A stretch of 64,000 nucleotides of DNA, from the NCBI GenBank assembly GCA_951406725.2, contig OX597828.1, positions 21,080,001 through 21,144,000 on the forward strand, in the 5' to 3' direction. Positions 1-12,464 of the stretch are shown here, piece after piece. This DNA comes from Octopus vulgaris (lineage: Eukaryota). The translations under genes were made by a program, and so were the position numbers. The stretch's first letter is position 1. Every line of letters starts with the position of its first letter. The notes beneath the pieces were generated by a model that worked only from the letters and a program-made list of their open reading frames with translations, had not been told where the DNA came from and searched no databases.

Positions 1-357
1 AAAATCGAAATCGATCAACATCAATGGAAATTGTAGCTGTGGTGCCGGTGGCACGTACGCGAACCATCCGAACGTGGCCGTTGCCAGCGCCGCCCCGACA
101 GGCCTCCGTGCCGGTGGCACATAAAAAGCACCATCCGACCGTGGCCGTTTGCCAGCCCCATCTGGCACCTGTGTCGGTGGCACGTAAAAAGCACCCACTA
201 CACTCACGGAGTGGTTGGCGTTAGGAAAGGCATCCAACCGTAGAAACATTGCCAGATCAGACTGGGCCTGGTGCAGCCTTCTGGCCTCCCAGACCCCAGT
301 TGAACTGTCCAACCCATGCTAGCATGGAAAGCGGATGCTAAATGATGATGATGATGA
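1..357 (+). mobile_element. 3' part of a SINE/LINE-tail repeat ending in (GAT)n. Other copies at about 4060-4275, 6790-6990, 13190-13430, 28520-28890(-), 30565-30870(-), 33325-33520(-), 33710-33945, 35800-36020, 41860-42005
   Basis: Recurrent aagcacccactacactc...ggagtggttggcattaggaagggcatccagc...catgctagcatggaaagcgga...gatgatgat. Confidence 0.75.
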
Positions 358-571
358 TTATGTATGTACCTTCCTACCTATAATTTTAACAGTCCCTCTA
401 TGATGGCCAAACAAAAGGCTACTTACACTGGCCTAGAAATTGACTAGCGAATGTCTAGTTGTTAAATGAGGTCATTGTATTAAAATCAACTTATTTTTTT
501 TTGCTATACATTGCCTAACTACTAAACGTCTCACATCAAATTAATATACGCCCAATTATTATTATTATGGC

Positions 572-1110
572 GAAGGTGGTGAGCTGGTAGAATTGTTAGC
601 ACACCTGGTAAAATGCTTAGTGGTATTTGAGCTGGCAGAAATGTTAGCACGCCGGGCGAAATGCTTAGCTGTATTTCGTCTGCCGTTGCATTGTGAGTTC
701 AATTTCCGCCGAGGTCGACTTTGCCTTTCATCCTTTCAGGGTCGATAAATTAAGTACCAGTTACGAACTGGGGTCGATGTAATCGACTTAATACCTATGT
801 CTGTCCTTGTTTGTCCCCTCTATGTTTAGCCCCTTGTGGGTAATAAAGAAATAGGTATTTTGTCTGGCTTTACATTCTGAGTTCAAATTCTGCTGAGATT
901 GACTTTGCCTTTCATCCTTTTGGTGTTGATAAAATGAGTACCAGTTGAGTACTGGGGTTGATGTAATCAACTTAAAACCTCCCCTCCCCGAAATTTCAGA
1001 CCTTGTACCTAGAGTACAAAAGAATGAAATAAGTACGAGTTGATTACTGAGGATCGATGAAATTGGCTGGCCCACCTCCCACAAAATTTCAGGACTTATG
1101 CCTGTAGTAG
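572..1110 (+). mobile_element. Nested tRNA-headed SINEs with the gactttgcctttcatcctttcggggtcgataaattaagtaccag core (Meta-domain-like)
   Basis: Head gagctggcagaa..gttagcac, B-box-like gagttcaaattcc; many copies in the window. Confidence 0.8.
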
Positions 1111-1484
1111 AAAGAATTATTATTATTATTAATAATAATAATAAGGTGGTGCGGTGGCAGAATCGTTAGCATGTTGGCATTTCATTTGTCTTAATGTTCT
1201 AAGTTCAACTTCTGCCAAGGTCAACTTTTCCTTTCAGCCTTTCAGGACCGATAAATTAAGTACCAGTTGAGCACTGGGGTCGATGTAATTGACATGCCCC
1301 TTTCCTCAAAGTTGTTGGCCTTGTACCAAAATTTCAAGTTTTGTACCTAGAAATAGTTATAATAATATTTTTATTATTGTTATTATTATTATTTTATGTT
1401 ATATTATTTTGTTCTGTTCTGAGTTCAAATTCTGCTGAGGTCAACTTTGCCTTTCATCCTTTCAGAGTTAATTAAATAAATACC

Positions 1485-1707
1485 TATTTCTTTATTACCC
1501 ACAAGGGGCTAAACATAGAGGGGACAAACAAGGACAGACATAGGTATTAAGTTGATTACATCGACCCCAGTGCGTAACTGGTACTTTAATTTATCGACCC
1601 CGAAAGGATGAAAGGCAAAGTCGACCTCAGCGGAATTTGAACTCAGAACGTAACGGCAGACGAAATACTGCCAAGCATTTCGTCCGGCGTGCTAACGTTT
1701 CTGCCAG
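1485..1707 (-). mobile_element. Same SINE family, inverted and nested in another copy, with a 14-bp TSD
   Basis: attaaataaatacc occurs at 1471-1484 and at 1708-1721. Confidence 0.8.
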
Positions 1708-1847
1708 ATTAAATAAATACCAGTTACACACTGGGGTCGATGTAATCGACTTAATCCCTTCCCTTGAATTTGAATCCTTGTGCTTCCAGTAGAAAGGATT
1801 ATTGTTATATATATTTTTTAAAGCTACTTTCTGTTTGTATAACTCAG

Positions 1848-1990
1848 GAGAGGAAATCTCTAGAACGGCAACACCTAAAGATACAGAAAGATAAAGAGCG
1901 TTTGGAGAAGGAGAAACAACGAGAGATGGAACGACTGGAGAAAGAAAAACTGAAAGATGAACTGCGTCGTAAGAAGCAAGATATGATAGA
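1848..1990 (+). CDS. CHAF1A: CAF-1 p150 internal exon, KER (Lys/Glu/Arg-rich) helix; upstream exons lie outside the window
   Basis: ctcag|GAG...ATAGA|gtgagt. Translates ERKSLERQHLKIQKDKERLEKEKQREMERLEKEKLKDELRRKKQDMI; the phase-2 end matches the next exon. Confidence 0.85.
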
Positions 1991-2109
1991 GTGAGTCTTG
2001 TTTCCAAACTAAGTTCTATGTTTGTTTCTTTGTTTTCTGTATTTACATTTCATGAAAGCGCATAGCTGAGTGGTTAGGGTAACTGGCTCTCACTCGTAAG
2101 GTCATGAGT

Positions 2110-2328
2110 TTAACCCTTTAGCATTCAAACCGGCCAAAAGTATTCTGCCTGTTTTATGTTCAAACTGGCCAGATCTGGTCTCTCACACCAACCCTACAAT
2201 ATCGCTTTAAAAATTAACAGCTACCTCATCAAAATCTCATAGCTACAAGATAAAGCATGATTAATTCAAAACAATGTGGATGAAGAAGCATTAATTTTGG
2301 CAGAATAATGCGAACACTAAAGGGTTAA
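2110..2328. mobile_element. piggyBac-like MITE family A (TTAA TSD, CCCTTTAG termini), inserted into a SINE
   Basis: ttaa|ccctttagcattc...cactaaaggg|ttaa. Copies at 5837-6052 and 27881-28109. Confidence 0.8.
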
Positions 2329-2839
2329 ATTACAGTGATGTGTTGTGTCCTTGAGCAAGACACTTTATTTCATGTTGCTTCAGTCCGCTCAGCTAGCAAA
2401 AGTTGACTAGTACCTGTATTTTGAAGGTACTACTCTGTGTCATACTGAATCTCCCTGGATGCCCTTCCTAACACCGACCATCCTGCAGAGTGGACAGTGT
2501 GTTTTTTATGTGGCACAAGCACAGGGAGGCTGGTTTCGGCATGGTTTTTTTAACAGCTGGATGCCCTTCCAAACACCAAGAACTTTACAGTGTGGACTGA
2601 ATGCTTTTATGTGGCATCAGCACTGGCAGGGTCACCAAGTAACTTGCAAGACAAAGGTCCCTTGAGAGGAGAGGGAGCATTAGAGGGAGTGATTAGGTGA
2701 TCTTGGGTCAGATGGTGAATGGTTAGTGTGTGACAGACAGAAACAGATGACTTACAATAAAATGAGATCTCATCAGGCACAGAGGAGTCATTAACCTGCT
2801 ATGTATAAACCTTTAGCATTCAGACTATTCTATCAAATA

Positions 2840-3322
2840 TAATAATAATAATAACGGAAGTCTGTTGGGGTTCAACAATTATGTCAATGGCGCCGGATGT
2901 GGGAGCGGAACCCAAAGGCAGACGCACAGATGCGGCCACATGTTGGCCACGCGACAGCAGAAGCAGGGTTGGGGATCCTCTCTCTTTTCAGGCTTGTTGC
3001 TTCTGGTCCAGGCTCTTGAGGCGCTTTTCCTCGAACAGCCTAACACCCTTTTGGACAGCTGTACGCCAGGCGCCATGGTTAGAGGCAAGCGATTCCCAGC
3101 CACGGGCTGAAATGCTGCAGGCCTCAAGGGAAGTTTTCAGGCTGTCCTTGTGTCACCTCAGTGGCCTTCCAGGATTTCTTGTTCCAGAAGCCAACTCAGA
3201 GAAGAAGATCATCTTTGGTAGATGCACGTTGTCCATTCGAACTACATGTCCGACCTACCGGAGCTGGGCCTTCATGATGAGGGCTTTGATCCCGGGCATT
3301 TGCCTTTGTGATTCTGTCCATT
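2840..3322 (-). mobile_element. RTE-clade LINE 3' fragment, degenerate
   Basis: Minus strand reads AQLR*VGHVVRMDNVHLPKMIFFSELASGTRNPGRP...WESLASNHGAWR, then a C-terminal CPTCGRIC..SH..H-like finger and a (TTA)n tail. Confidence 0.8.
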
Positions 3323-3510
3323 AATTTACCTTCAATCATTACTTTGAACTGTAAAAGCAACTATTTAATTTTTTTTTTTGCTCAGGCGCGGGGTGGGGCC
3401 AAGACTGAGAGGGTTAAAATAATGATGTCAAAGTTAAATCTTCAGTTCCTTCTCTTGATTTTTATTTCTTTTTATGTCTTTTGTCCTTTTTTTTACCATT
3501 TGCTTTACAG

Positions 3511-3592
3511 AGCAAAACTGGAGGAAAAACGTAAGAAAGATGAGGAGAGGAAAATAAAAGAGGAAGAGAAAGTGAAGGAGAAGGAAGAGGAA
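3511..3592 (+). CDS. CHAF1A: CAF-1 p150 exon, KER region
   Basis: tttacag|A GCA...GAA|gtaagt. Translates AKLEEKRKKDEERKIKEEEKVKEKEEE, phase 2 to 0. Confidence 0.88.
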
Positions 3593-3811
3593 GTAAGTTA
3601 TATCCATCTGTCACAACTAGTCAGTTTGTCTGTCTGTGTGACTACGTCTACCAGTGTCTTTTGATACAGACATTGTCTTGAAATTTCTTCTTGTTCTAGA
3701 ATATAAAATGCATTCATTTTAACATTTTTAAATTCAAACCTGTCATTGCAATTTTTTATTAAAAATATTTACCATTAGAGACTTAGGTACTTAATTTTAT
3801 AGGTGCAGACA

Positions 3812-3947
3812 CTCATATATGTTTTAATTTACTGCTGTTTCAATTGCATGTACTGAGTTTTTCTACAGCCCTGCAAGCTTCTGCAATATCAGTGAATGTT
3901 TTGTTTCTTTTTTTCCTTTATACCAAGGTACAAATTTTAAGCAGGTG
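3812..3947 (+). repeat. Near-identical 136-bp intronic duplication; second copy at 6521-6657
   Basis: Direct comparison of the two segments shows about 2 differences. Confidence 0.9.
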
Positions 3948-4930
3948 TGATTAAGAAGCCTAGGCTCTCTCACTGTGCAGTATCTTGGGCAGATGTCTTC
4001 TGCTATATAGCCCTATATAACCTTGTAGGTGGTTGGTGATTTGTTGTGCTTGAGATTTGTCAAGCCAAGTGAAATTGTGGATGTGGCCAGTGCTGGTGAT
4101 GCATAAAAGGAAACCATTACACCTTTAGAGTGGTTGGCATTACGAAGGGCATCCAACCATAGAAACCAAGCCAAAATCAGACTGGAACCTGGTGCCGTTC
4201 TCTGGCTTACCAGTTACAGTCAAACTGTTTAACTCATGCTAGCATGGAAAATGGATGCTAAATGACGATGATGAGGAAACTGTAAGGAAGCCCATCATGT
4301 GTATGTTCTGCACCACTGCTTGGCAACTCCTGCTGGTTTGTTTTCGTCCCTGTGACTTAGTGGTTTGCTAAAGAAAAATTGATAGAATTAGTACCAGGCT
4401 TAAAAGTGGTGAGTACTGGAGTCACTTTATTTGAGTAAGCCGTACAAGGTGGTGCTCCAGCATGGTCGCAGTCTGATGAGTAAAACAAAAGATGATGACA
4501 ACGTCCAATGTTGAATGTCCTTCATTTCAATTCTGATGTCTTTAGATACATGGTTCAGTGGTTAGAGTATCGAGCTCACAATCATGAGGTAGTGAGTTCA
4601 ATTCCTGGACCAGGCTGTGTGTTGTGTTCTTGGGCAAAACACTTCGCGTTGCTCCAGTTCACATTGCTTATCTGTAGAAATGACTTGTGATGTTTACGGT
4701 GCCAAGCTGTATTGGCCCCTTTGCCTTTCCCTTGGATAACATCGGTTACATGGAGAAGAGAGGCTGGCATGCATAGGTAACTGCTAGTCTTCCATAAATA
4801 ACCGTGCCCAGACTCGTACCGCGGTGGGTAACTTTCTAGGTGCAATCCCATGGCCATTCATGACCCAAGGGGGTCTTTACCCTTTACACTAGATCTTGAT
4901 TAGATTATAATGTCATCTCATTTGTTTTAG

Positions 4931-5008
4931 ATGAGAAAACAACAGAGAAGAAAAGCAGCTTTTCAGAACTATTTTGTACAGAAACCTAAGAGTAAACCAG
5001 TTGCTAAG
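4931..5008 (+). CDS. CHAF1A: CAF-1 p150 exon with the PIP-box equivalent after the KER helix
   Basis: ttttag|ATG...AAG|gtttg. Translates MRKQQRRKAAFQNYFVQKPKSKPVAK, resembling vertebrate KAEITRFFQKPK. Confidence 0.88.
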
Positions 5009-5182
5009 GTTTGTTGAACATTTTTCTGCTTCTTCCGTTGTGTGTGTGTGACTGTGTTTGTGTTGTTTGCATAATTATTTTTAAACAAAACAAGCATTTT
5101 TACCTTTCTTTTGATATGCTCTGTGTTTCTTTCAATTAATTTTAAATATAACAAAGAATTTACTAAAATAACTTAGTTATCA

Positions 5183-5410
5183 TTAACCCTTTCGTTACTG
5201 TATTTATTTTTAGATGCTCTGTGTTTCTTTCATTTACTTTAAATATAACAACGAATTTAGTAAAATAACTCATTTATCATTCAACTAGTGTCAGGAACAT
5301 AAATTGTGACTAAGGTTTGGGGGAAGATTTTAATTCAAAACTTATGAAAACAAGACATTTGTACTCAGAGCCAGAGCCGGTTTCAGCCGGGTTGGTATCA
5401 AAAGGGTTAA
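5183..5410. mobile_element. piggyBac-like MITE family B (TTAA TSD, CCCTT termini)
   Basis: ttaa|ccctttcgttac...tatcaaaaggg|ttaa. Copies at 17828-18056 (inverted) and 41146-41380; partial copies at about 5110-5186 and 9098-9220. Confidence 0.8.
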
Positions 5411-5836
5411 AAGATTTTTTTTTATCTTTTGTTTATTGCTAGAGATTTTTTTATCTTTTGTTTATTACTAGACCTAAGTTTCATAAACTACAAAATATAA
5501 ATATCTACACTACCACCCCTGAAACGTACCTGTTATAACTCTTTAACTGTATGTGAAGGTATTTAGAATGCCCAAACTTATTTCTGCAAATGTGCTAAGC
5601 ACTGATGCTGACCATAAGGAGGTTCAATTTCTGAAGGGCTGCTTAAAAGGGGCCCTACTAACCCCCCACCCCCATCCATTTTTACTGCATTTGCTCTTAT
5701 GCTTATTGACTAAACCATGAACTCCCATGGTAAATTCATTGCCATTGCTTCAAATTGGTCACCAATGCCATTTATCCAGTTTAAAATGTAGTAAAAATAG
5801 GGAGGCTAGTGGGGGAGGGGGCAATTAGGCAGCACT

Positions 5837-6052
5837 TTAACCCTTTAGTATTTAAGCCGGCCAAAATATTTAATCTGTTTTATGTTCAGACTGACCAGAT
5901 CCAGGCCCTCACACCTACCCTACAATGTTATTCTACATTAAGTAATTACACCATCAAGATCTTGAAGATATGAGATAATGCATGATTAATTCAAATCAAT
6001 GTGAATCAATAAGCATTATGTTTGATTGATAATCTGAACACTAAAGGGTTAA
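5837..6052. mobile_element. piggyBac-like MITE family A copy
   Basis: TTAA TSD, ccctttag...ctaaaggg, homologous to 2110-2328. Confidence 0.8.
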
Positions 6053-7403
6053 GAATATAAAACCCCTTAGGACATTCCTTGTGATTAGAGGCGGTGCTAG
6101 TTTGAGTTTCGTTGTCCTTGCACCAATGGTCTAGGAGGAATTAATGGACAGAGAAGCACCGCTCAGATTTATAATAGGATTGTATTTCGAGTATTAATTC
6201 CAGGTCAGTTCAGATTGGTAAATACCAAACATTTCTCCTATCTTTGTATTTTACTACTTCAAATTTTTCACATGTGTTTTGCTGGTCATAACCAAAAGGG
6301 AGGGACATTAAATATGACACTTCTACAAGGACAGCATGGACTCACTGCACAAACTCTTTTTGCTATAGGTCTCCTTCAGTAGGGTTGACTTCAGGCTAGC
6401 AACTACAATAACAAAATAGATAAACACACGGGAATATGGATGTAAAACTAGTGGACGGTGTGAATTAAAATAATATAATGAACTGAAAGAAATTAATTTC
6501 ACTGAATTCCTTTTTGTGGTCTCATAATATGTTTTAATTTACTGCTGTTTCAATTGCATGTACTGAGTTTTTCTACAGCCCTGCAAGCTTCTGCAATATC
6601 AGTGAATGTTTTGTTTCTTTTTTCCCTTTATACCAAGGTACAAATTTTAAGCAGGTGATAAATGGCTGCACAACATCAATAAACCTCAAGAAAGGTGAAA
6701 CAAATCTATTGTTCTTGTGAGTCAATGCAGAGATGATTGTCTTGCTCTAATATATATATATATTTATATATAATGTGTGTGTTACTGTGCTGGCGATACG
6801 TAAAAGGCACCTGTGCTGGTGACATGCAAAAGGCACCCACTACTCTATTGGAGTGGCTGATGTTAGGAAGGGCATCCAGCTGTAGAAACCATGCCAAATC
6901 AGACCGGAACCTGGTACAGCTCACCGGCTTGCTAGTTCCAGTCAAACTGTCTAACCCATGCCAGCATGGGAAGTGGAAGGTAGATGGCAGCACTGCTGCT
7001 ACATATATATATATATATATATATTCTGTTAAAGAAGGTGCTGAGCTGGCGGAATCTGTTCAGTGCCAGACAAAATACTTAACAGCATTTCTTCTGATTC
7101 TTTACATTCTGAGATCAAATGCTGTTGAGGCCAACTTTGCTTTTCATCCATTCAGGGTCAATGAAGTTTACATTTGAGCACTAGGTTCTCCTTTGTCTCA
7201 GAATTGCTGGCCTTTGCCAAAATTAGAAGTATGTATTGTTTTTAACATGAGTTTTGGATGAGATTTTATCTCAGACAATTTCAGAAATTCATGCCCTCTA
7301 ATGATGTGTATACATTTAGTATGATATACAGATGGCTATTTTAATTTATTTTCATTTATGTTATAAGTATTCAATTATTTCATTTTGTATTATTTATGAA
7401 CAG

Positions 7404-7529
7404 CCAAAGGAGCATTCTGGCATGTTTATGCCATTTGAGGTGAAGAAAGACATGCGCATGGCACCAGCAGACAGACGATCTCTTTCCAAAGAATCTATGG
7501 ACAAATTGGATGAAATTATGAATATTCAG
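7404..7529 (+). CDS. CHAF1A: CAF-1 p150 exon
   Basis: aacag|CCA...CAG|gtttg. Translates PKEHSGMFMPFEVKKDMRMAPADRRSLSKESMDKLDEIMNIQ, resembling the vertebrate FAPFEIKEHMVLAP motif. Confidence 0.92.
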
Positions 7530-7848
7530 GTTTGTTTTCTGGACAATTCTTGCTTGATGCATTGATGTGTGTGTGTGTGGATGGATGGATCTATGTATGT
7601 GTCTGTTTTTCTATTTAAAGCTACCTACCTATCCACCTTCCCACCCTTCTCCTGTTTCTCACCATTTGAGAGACGCATTTTTGATGTTGACATTATGACT
7701 GGTTGCTCTGAGCTTTTGATGGCCTCTGGAATATAAATGTTCCTTAACTTGAAAAAGGAAAAAGTGGGTGGCAACAGAAATAACATTTGGCCGTGAAATT
7801 CTGTGTCAAAACCAATTCCTATCCAAGCCATGCTAGCATGGTAAAATA

Positions 7849-8100
7849 GGCATTGGCTTTGTGGTTAAGAGTGTGGGCTACTAATCCGAAATTCCAAGTC
7901 TGATTCCAAGCAGTAACCTGAATACGAATAATATCGAAAAATACCTTAGGAATGAGAACCCAAGTTTGAAATTTCCCCAAGACATCTGATGAAGGCTGGG
8001 GGGTATATCAGCTGAAACATTGTGTTAACAACGAACAAGATGAAGACAAATATCCACTAAATAATGTGCATAATTCCTCATCTCTTAAATATAGAACTGT
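7849..8100 (+). mobile_element. tRNA-headed SINE-like element carrying a hammerhead-ribozyme motif (7981-8026)
   Basis: tRNA-like head gtggttaagagtgtgggctactaa..tgattcc, followed by gacat-CTGATGA-aggctg..cagct-GAAAC-att-gtgtt. Confidence 0.7.
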
Positions 8101-8113
8101 AACAGCATTAAGT

Positions 8114-8362
8114 GTGGAGGCGCGTGGCTTAGTGGTGAGGGTGTCAGCATCATGATCGTAAGATTGTGGTTTCGATTCCTGGACCGGGCGACTCGTTGTG
8201 TTCTTGAGCAAAACACTTCATTTCTCGTTACTCCAGTCCACTCAGCTGGCAAAAATGAGTAACGCTGCGATGGACTGGCGTCCCGTCCAGCTGGGGAACA
8301 CATACACCATTGAAACCGAGAAACCGGGCCCATGAGCCTGGCTAGGCTTGAAAAGGGTGCAT
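8114..8362 (+). mobile_element. tRNA-headed CORE-like SINE (ggaggcgcgtggcttagtgg family). Related copies at 4548-4890, 29395-29673(-), 32832-33135, 36618-36915, 40759-41133(-), 47007-47356(-), 53246-53572, 54760-55020(-)
   Basis: A box tggcttagtgg, B box gtttcgattcc, core gtgttcttgagcaaaacacttcatt..ctccagtccactcagctg. Confidence 0.8.
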
Positions 8363-9668
8363 TTATTTTTTTTTTTTTAAGGGCATTAAGTAAATAAATG
8401 AAGGAGATATATATGTAGCTAGGTGTAGGCATGGCTGTCTGGTAAGAAGTTTGCTTCTCAACCACATGGTTCCAGGTTCTCTCCCCTTGCATGGTACCTT
8501 GGGCGGGTGTGTTCTACTGACCAAAGCCTTGTGAGTGGATTTGGTAGACGGAAACTGAAAGAAGCCCATTGTGTGTGTGTGTGTCATTGTCTTTGTCCCC
8601 TGCCATCGCTTTACAACCAGTGTTGGTTTGTTTTCGTCCTTGTAACTTGGCAGTTTGGCAAAAAGACCGATAGAATACGTTTCAGGCTTTACAAATAGAT
8701 AATACTTTGTTTGACTAAAATTCTAAAGTGCCCCAGCATGGCCACAGTTTAATAACTGAAACATGTAAAAAGCTATATACATGGGTAGTTATTTATATAC
8801 ATTTCCACCCAGTGTTCAGCTAATTGAACAACCTGTAAGAGTTTCAATGGAATACAGTCTCAGTGAATGTGCCAAAGCTGAGTTTCCAGAACTTCAGATA
8901 TAGTGAAAACAGTACATCTTATTGCATTTAATGACCATGTCAGTGGGAAGGACAAACAGAAAGAGTAATAGACACACTGCCAATTATATTAGTAAATGCC
9001 TGATTTTAGACATTTAAGGAAGAAGTGTTGTTTTAGTCTTTGGGATGATAAATGGCTAAAGGTAGTCAAATTAATTGTCCTAACTATATGTGACTGTCTT
9101 AACCCTTTTGATACCAGCCCATCTGATACTGCCTTTGGTTCTGTGAGTTACAAACTGCTTGCTTTAAAGTGGTCTAAATTAAAATTCTAGGTTAATTTAT
9201 GTCCCAAACGTAGCTTAACCTATTATTATTTGAATTACTCTGTCAAGCATAATATTTATTATCTTGAATTAATCATGCATTGTCTCATAGCTTCAAGATT
9301 TCAATGAGTGATTGATTATTTTTAGAATGACATTGTAGGACAGGTGTAAGACGTTGGATCTGGCCAATTTCAGCATGAAACAGATAGAATATTTGGGTGA
9401 AATATGACTGGTTTAAATGCTTAAGAGTTTATAAGTTGTTTTACTGTATTTCTCATTGTTTGAAATCATTTGAAATAAAGAGGTGTTTTTCAATAGAAAT
9501 TTAGTGACAACTGAGTTAATTTGATAAATACCACACTGTTTTAGCATGGACAGAATGTAAAGGACAGCTATATCTAGTATGTATGTGTGTGTGTGTGTGT
9601 GAGAGAGAGAAAGAGTGAGTGTATATATGTGTTTATAAGATATTAATGATGTATTTCTATTATTGTAG

Positions 9669-9745
9669 GATCACCAGCCTTTGTATCAAGCTGAGTTGAA
9701 ATCTAATGGCTTCACACCCAGAAAATCTGGGAAGACCTGGCCTAG
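9669..9745 (+). CDS. CHAF1A: CAF-1 p150 exon
   Basis: ttgtag|GAT...CCTAG|gtaag. Translates DHQPLYQAELKSNGFTPRKSGKTWP; phase 0 to 2 fits both neighbours. Confidence 0.85.
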
Positions 9746-10429
9746 GTAAGACATTGTTGTTGTTGCTCATTATTCATCATCACCACCACCACCACTATCG
9801 CCACTACCATCATCTAGAATTTTGGTTTATGCTTGTTGTTTTTTCTTTTTTCATTTTGGTGTAAATTTATGTGGTTATTGGTATATCAATCTAGTAATAT
9901 ATAAGAAATCATTATCATCACCAATATTTTTATTATTATTATTATTATTATTTGTTTGGCTCGGGTTTGGTCTTATTCCTGGTAGGAATTATGTGGATAG
10001 CTGGTTACTACCTGTAACCTTAGGTATCCACAACTTTTCTGCAGTCTTTCAAGTGCTTAAAACCCTCCTGATAATCCTTGCTGTCCCGAAGAGACGAAGG
10101 CATTCTATTTCAACCTCCTTCAGCCATTTGTCTATGTCTTGGCTTACTGTTCCCAAAGCACCAATTATTATAGGCATGTCCTTTACTGTTCACATGTTCC
10201 AAATTCTTCCTGAAATAGGAAGAGTTTTTATTATTAAGGCGCTGGGTGAAATGCTTTGCCTGTTGCTACATTCTGAGTTAAAATTTCGCCAAGGTCGACT
10301 TTGCCTTTCATCCTTTCAGGGTCAATAAATTAAGTACTAGTGAAACACTACCTACTCCTTTCCCTAAATTTCAGGCCTTGTGCCTATAGTAGAAAAGATT
10401 ATTATTATTATTATTATTATTATTTCTAT

Positions 10430-12205
10430 TATTATAATATGTTTGACTCTTGCTTTGTATTTGTACAAGTTGACTCCAAGTCTCACCCGAAGACCTCAAG
10501 AGACAACAAGTTAGAAGTTCATGTTTGTGTTATGCCTAGGGTGTCATATATTTGGTTTTGCACATAGAGAAAATTATAAGTTGGTTTTAAAATTTGAGAT
10601 TACGTAAACAGTATTTTACGTAGGATACGGGCAGTTCACATGAACACTATTGTTTGAATTTCTGCCATTTTGGGGCTTTCTGGTATCTGAGCTAGGTAGG
10701 AATCAGCCACTTTTGCTATCATTCCTGGGGCACCTTTGACAATAAGTATTGTTTTAGTCTTGAAGTTCCACATTTTGCTAATTTCTTTTTCAAGATCTTT
10801 ATATTTGCTTAGTTTTTGGTAGGTCTTGACAGATACATTTATGTTGATTGGAACTGTCATATCAATGAAGAGGCATGATTTTTGCCTGAAGTCCTTCAAT
10901 ATAATGTCTGTCAGTTTGCACAGTGAAGTTCAGAAGAATGAGATGTCATTTTCAAGTACCGGAGGTGGTTTGTGTTCCCACCAATTTTTATCATGGGGCA
11001 GGTGCTGGTTTTTGCAAATTACCCTGTGAAAATACTGTGCTGCTCTATCATGCCTGTTGAGATACTCTGTAGGCGCAAGAAGACTGCACATGGAGACAAC
11101 ATGACCAATGGTTTCATTTTGTTGTTTACATACTTGACATGTTGGGCTACTGCTGTTCTTTAATATGTTGGCATGGTAGTTCTTTGTAGATAGGCATTGA
11201 TCTTGAGCTGCTATAATAAACCCTTCTGTTTTTGATTTTAAATCAGAAGACACTAACCATTGATGGCTAAGGGTTTTGTCAACATCAGCATTATTAGCTC
11301 TCTTTGGGTATTTGGCATTGAGAAGTTTTTCTTGCCATTTATCAGTAAGAATATCTGAGGCAGCAGTTTTAGCACGGGTTTTCATATGCTTAGCTTTTCT
11401 GTACTTGTTTCCAGTACATCTAATTCTGGGATTTGTTGTATTTGGAATTCCCTTAGATATCCCTTTGCCTGTTTTGCTTCTGAGTATGATGCTTTCTTGT
11501 TTTCATGCTTTAAGACAAGTTTTAACATCAAGTCATCAGAGTTTTTCAGGTAGGTGTCTAGGCCAATTGTGGCAATCTTCATTGTTAATTCCAGTTGTAA
11601 AAGTCCATGGCCTCCCTCTTTTCTTGGCAGATAAAGTCGTTCTATATCTACCTTAGGGTGGTGCATTCTATCCATTGTCAACAATTTTTGTATTTTTCTG
11701 TCAAGATTACATATTTCAGTTATTGACCAGTTAACAATAGTGAAACTGTAAGTCGTGACCGGTATGGCTAAAGTATTGATCGCTTCGATCCTGTTGCTTG
11801 CATTCAGCTGTATTTTAAGGATTGCCTTTACCCTGCGATAACATTCTCTTCTGATCCTTTCCCTCATCATTGAATGTTTGATTCTATCACATTCAAATAC
11901 CCCAAGGTATTTGTAGCTCTCTGCTGATTCTAACTCCTTTATGACATTCTGTTGGTCAAGATTAACATTGGATGTCTCTCTCATTTTTCCTTTGATAAAA
12001 GTAGCTTTTACACATTTATTGCAGCCAAATTGCATCCTGATGTCATCACAGAATTAACAATTGCTAATAAGCCCTGTAGTTAGTTATTGGTCATTTTTCA
12101 CAAAGAGCTTTAAATCATCCATGTAAAAGAGATAGTTTATATTTTTATCAAACATTTTATAGCCATATTGTACATCATTGAGCAATTTCAAGAGATGTAT
12201 TAAGG
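10430..12205 (-). mobile_element. R4/Dong-type (restriction-like endonuclease) LINE, 5'-truncated and frameshifted, in a CHAF1A intron
   Basis: YLFYMDDLKL (about 12105-12137), YKYLGV, CCHC knuckle CQVC..ETIGHVVSMC, RHD, and the KLSKYKDLEKEISKMW REL region. The 3' end abuts (TAA)n. Confidence 0.88.
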
Positions 12206-12281
12206 CTAGACAAAGACATTCTATTTCAATCTCCTTCAGCCATTTGTCTGTCTTGGTTTACTGTTCCCGAAGCACCAATTA

Positions 12282-12422
12282 TAAGGTTGTCCCAAAAGTT
12301 CGTAGAAAGTCTTGGAAAATAATGGTCTTTATTTTGAGGAATAATTTTTGTTGTTTTTGTTAGTACTTGGCGAGTAAAAATTCAATTTTCGCAAGTGTTT
12401 ACGAACTTTTGGGACAACCTAA
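12282..12422. mobile_element. 141-bp mariner-type MITE with TA TSD
   Basis: TIR aggttgtcccaaaagttcgta / tacgaacttttgggacaacct. The empty site ccaat-TA-ttatagg is visible at about 10161-10174. Confidence 0.9.
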
Positions 12423-12464
12423 TATTATAGGCATGTCCTTTACTGTTCACATGTTCCAAATTCT

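Noticed and set aside
2881-3324. 147-aa plus-strand ORF
   Set aside because: It is the antisense of an RTE LINE fragment.
4473-4543. C/D-box-like ATGATGA...CTGA with a terminal stem in a CHAF1A intron
   Set aside because: Too short (about 45 nt between boxes) and it overlaps a SINE tail.
8114-8190. tRNA-like sequences (also at 19530, 32835, 36620, 47285, 53250)
   Set aside because: They continue directly into SINE bodies with no acceptor-stem closure or poly-T terminator, so they are SINE heads and not tRNA genes.
9822-10328. 168-aa hydrophobic ORF
   Set aside because: It is a composite of (TTA)n, antisense LINE tail and SINE sequence.
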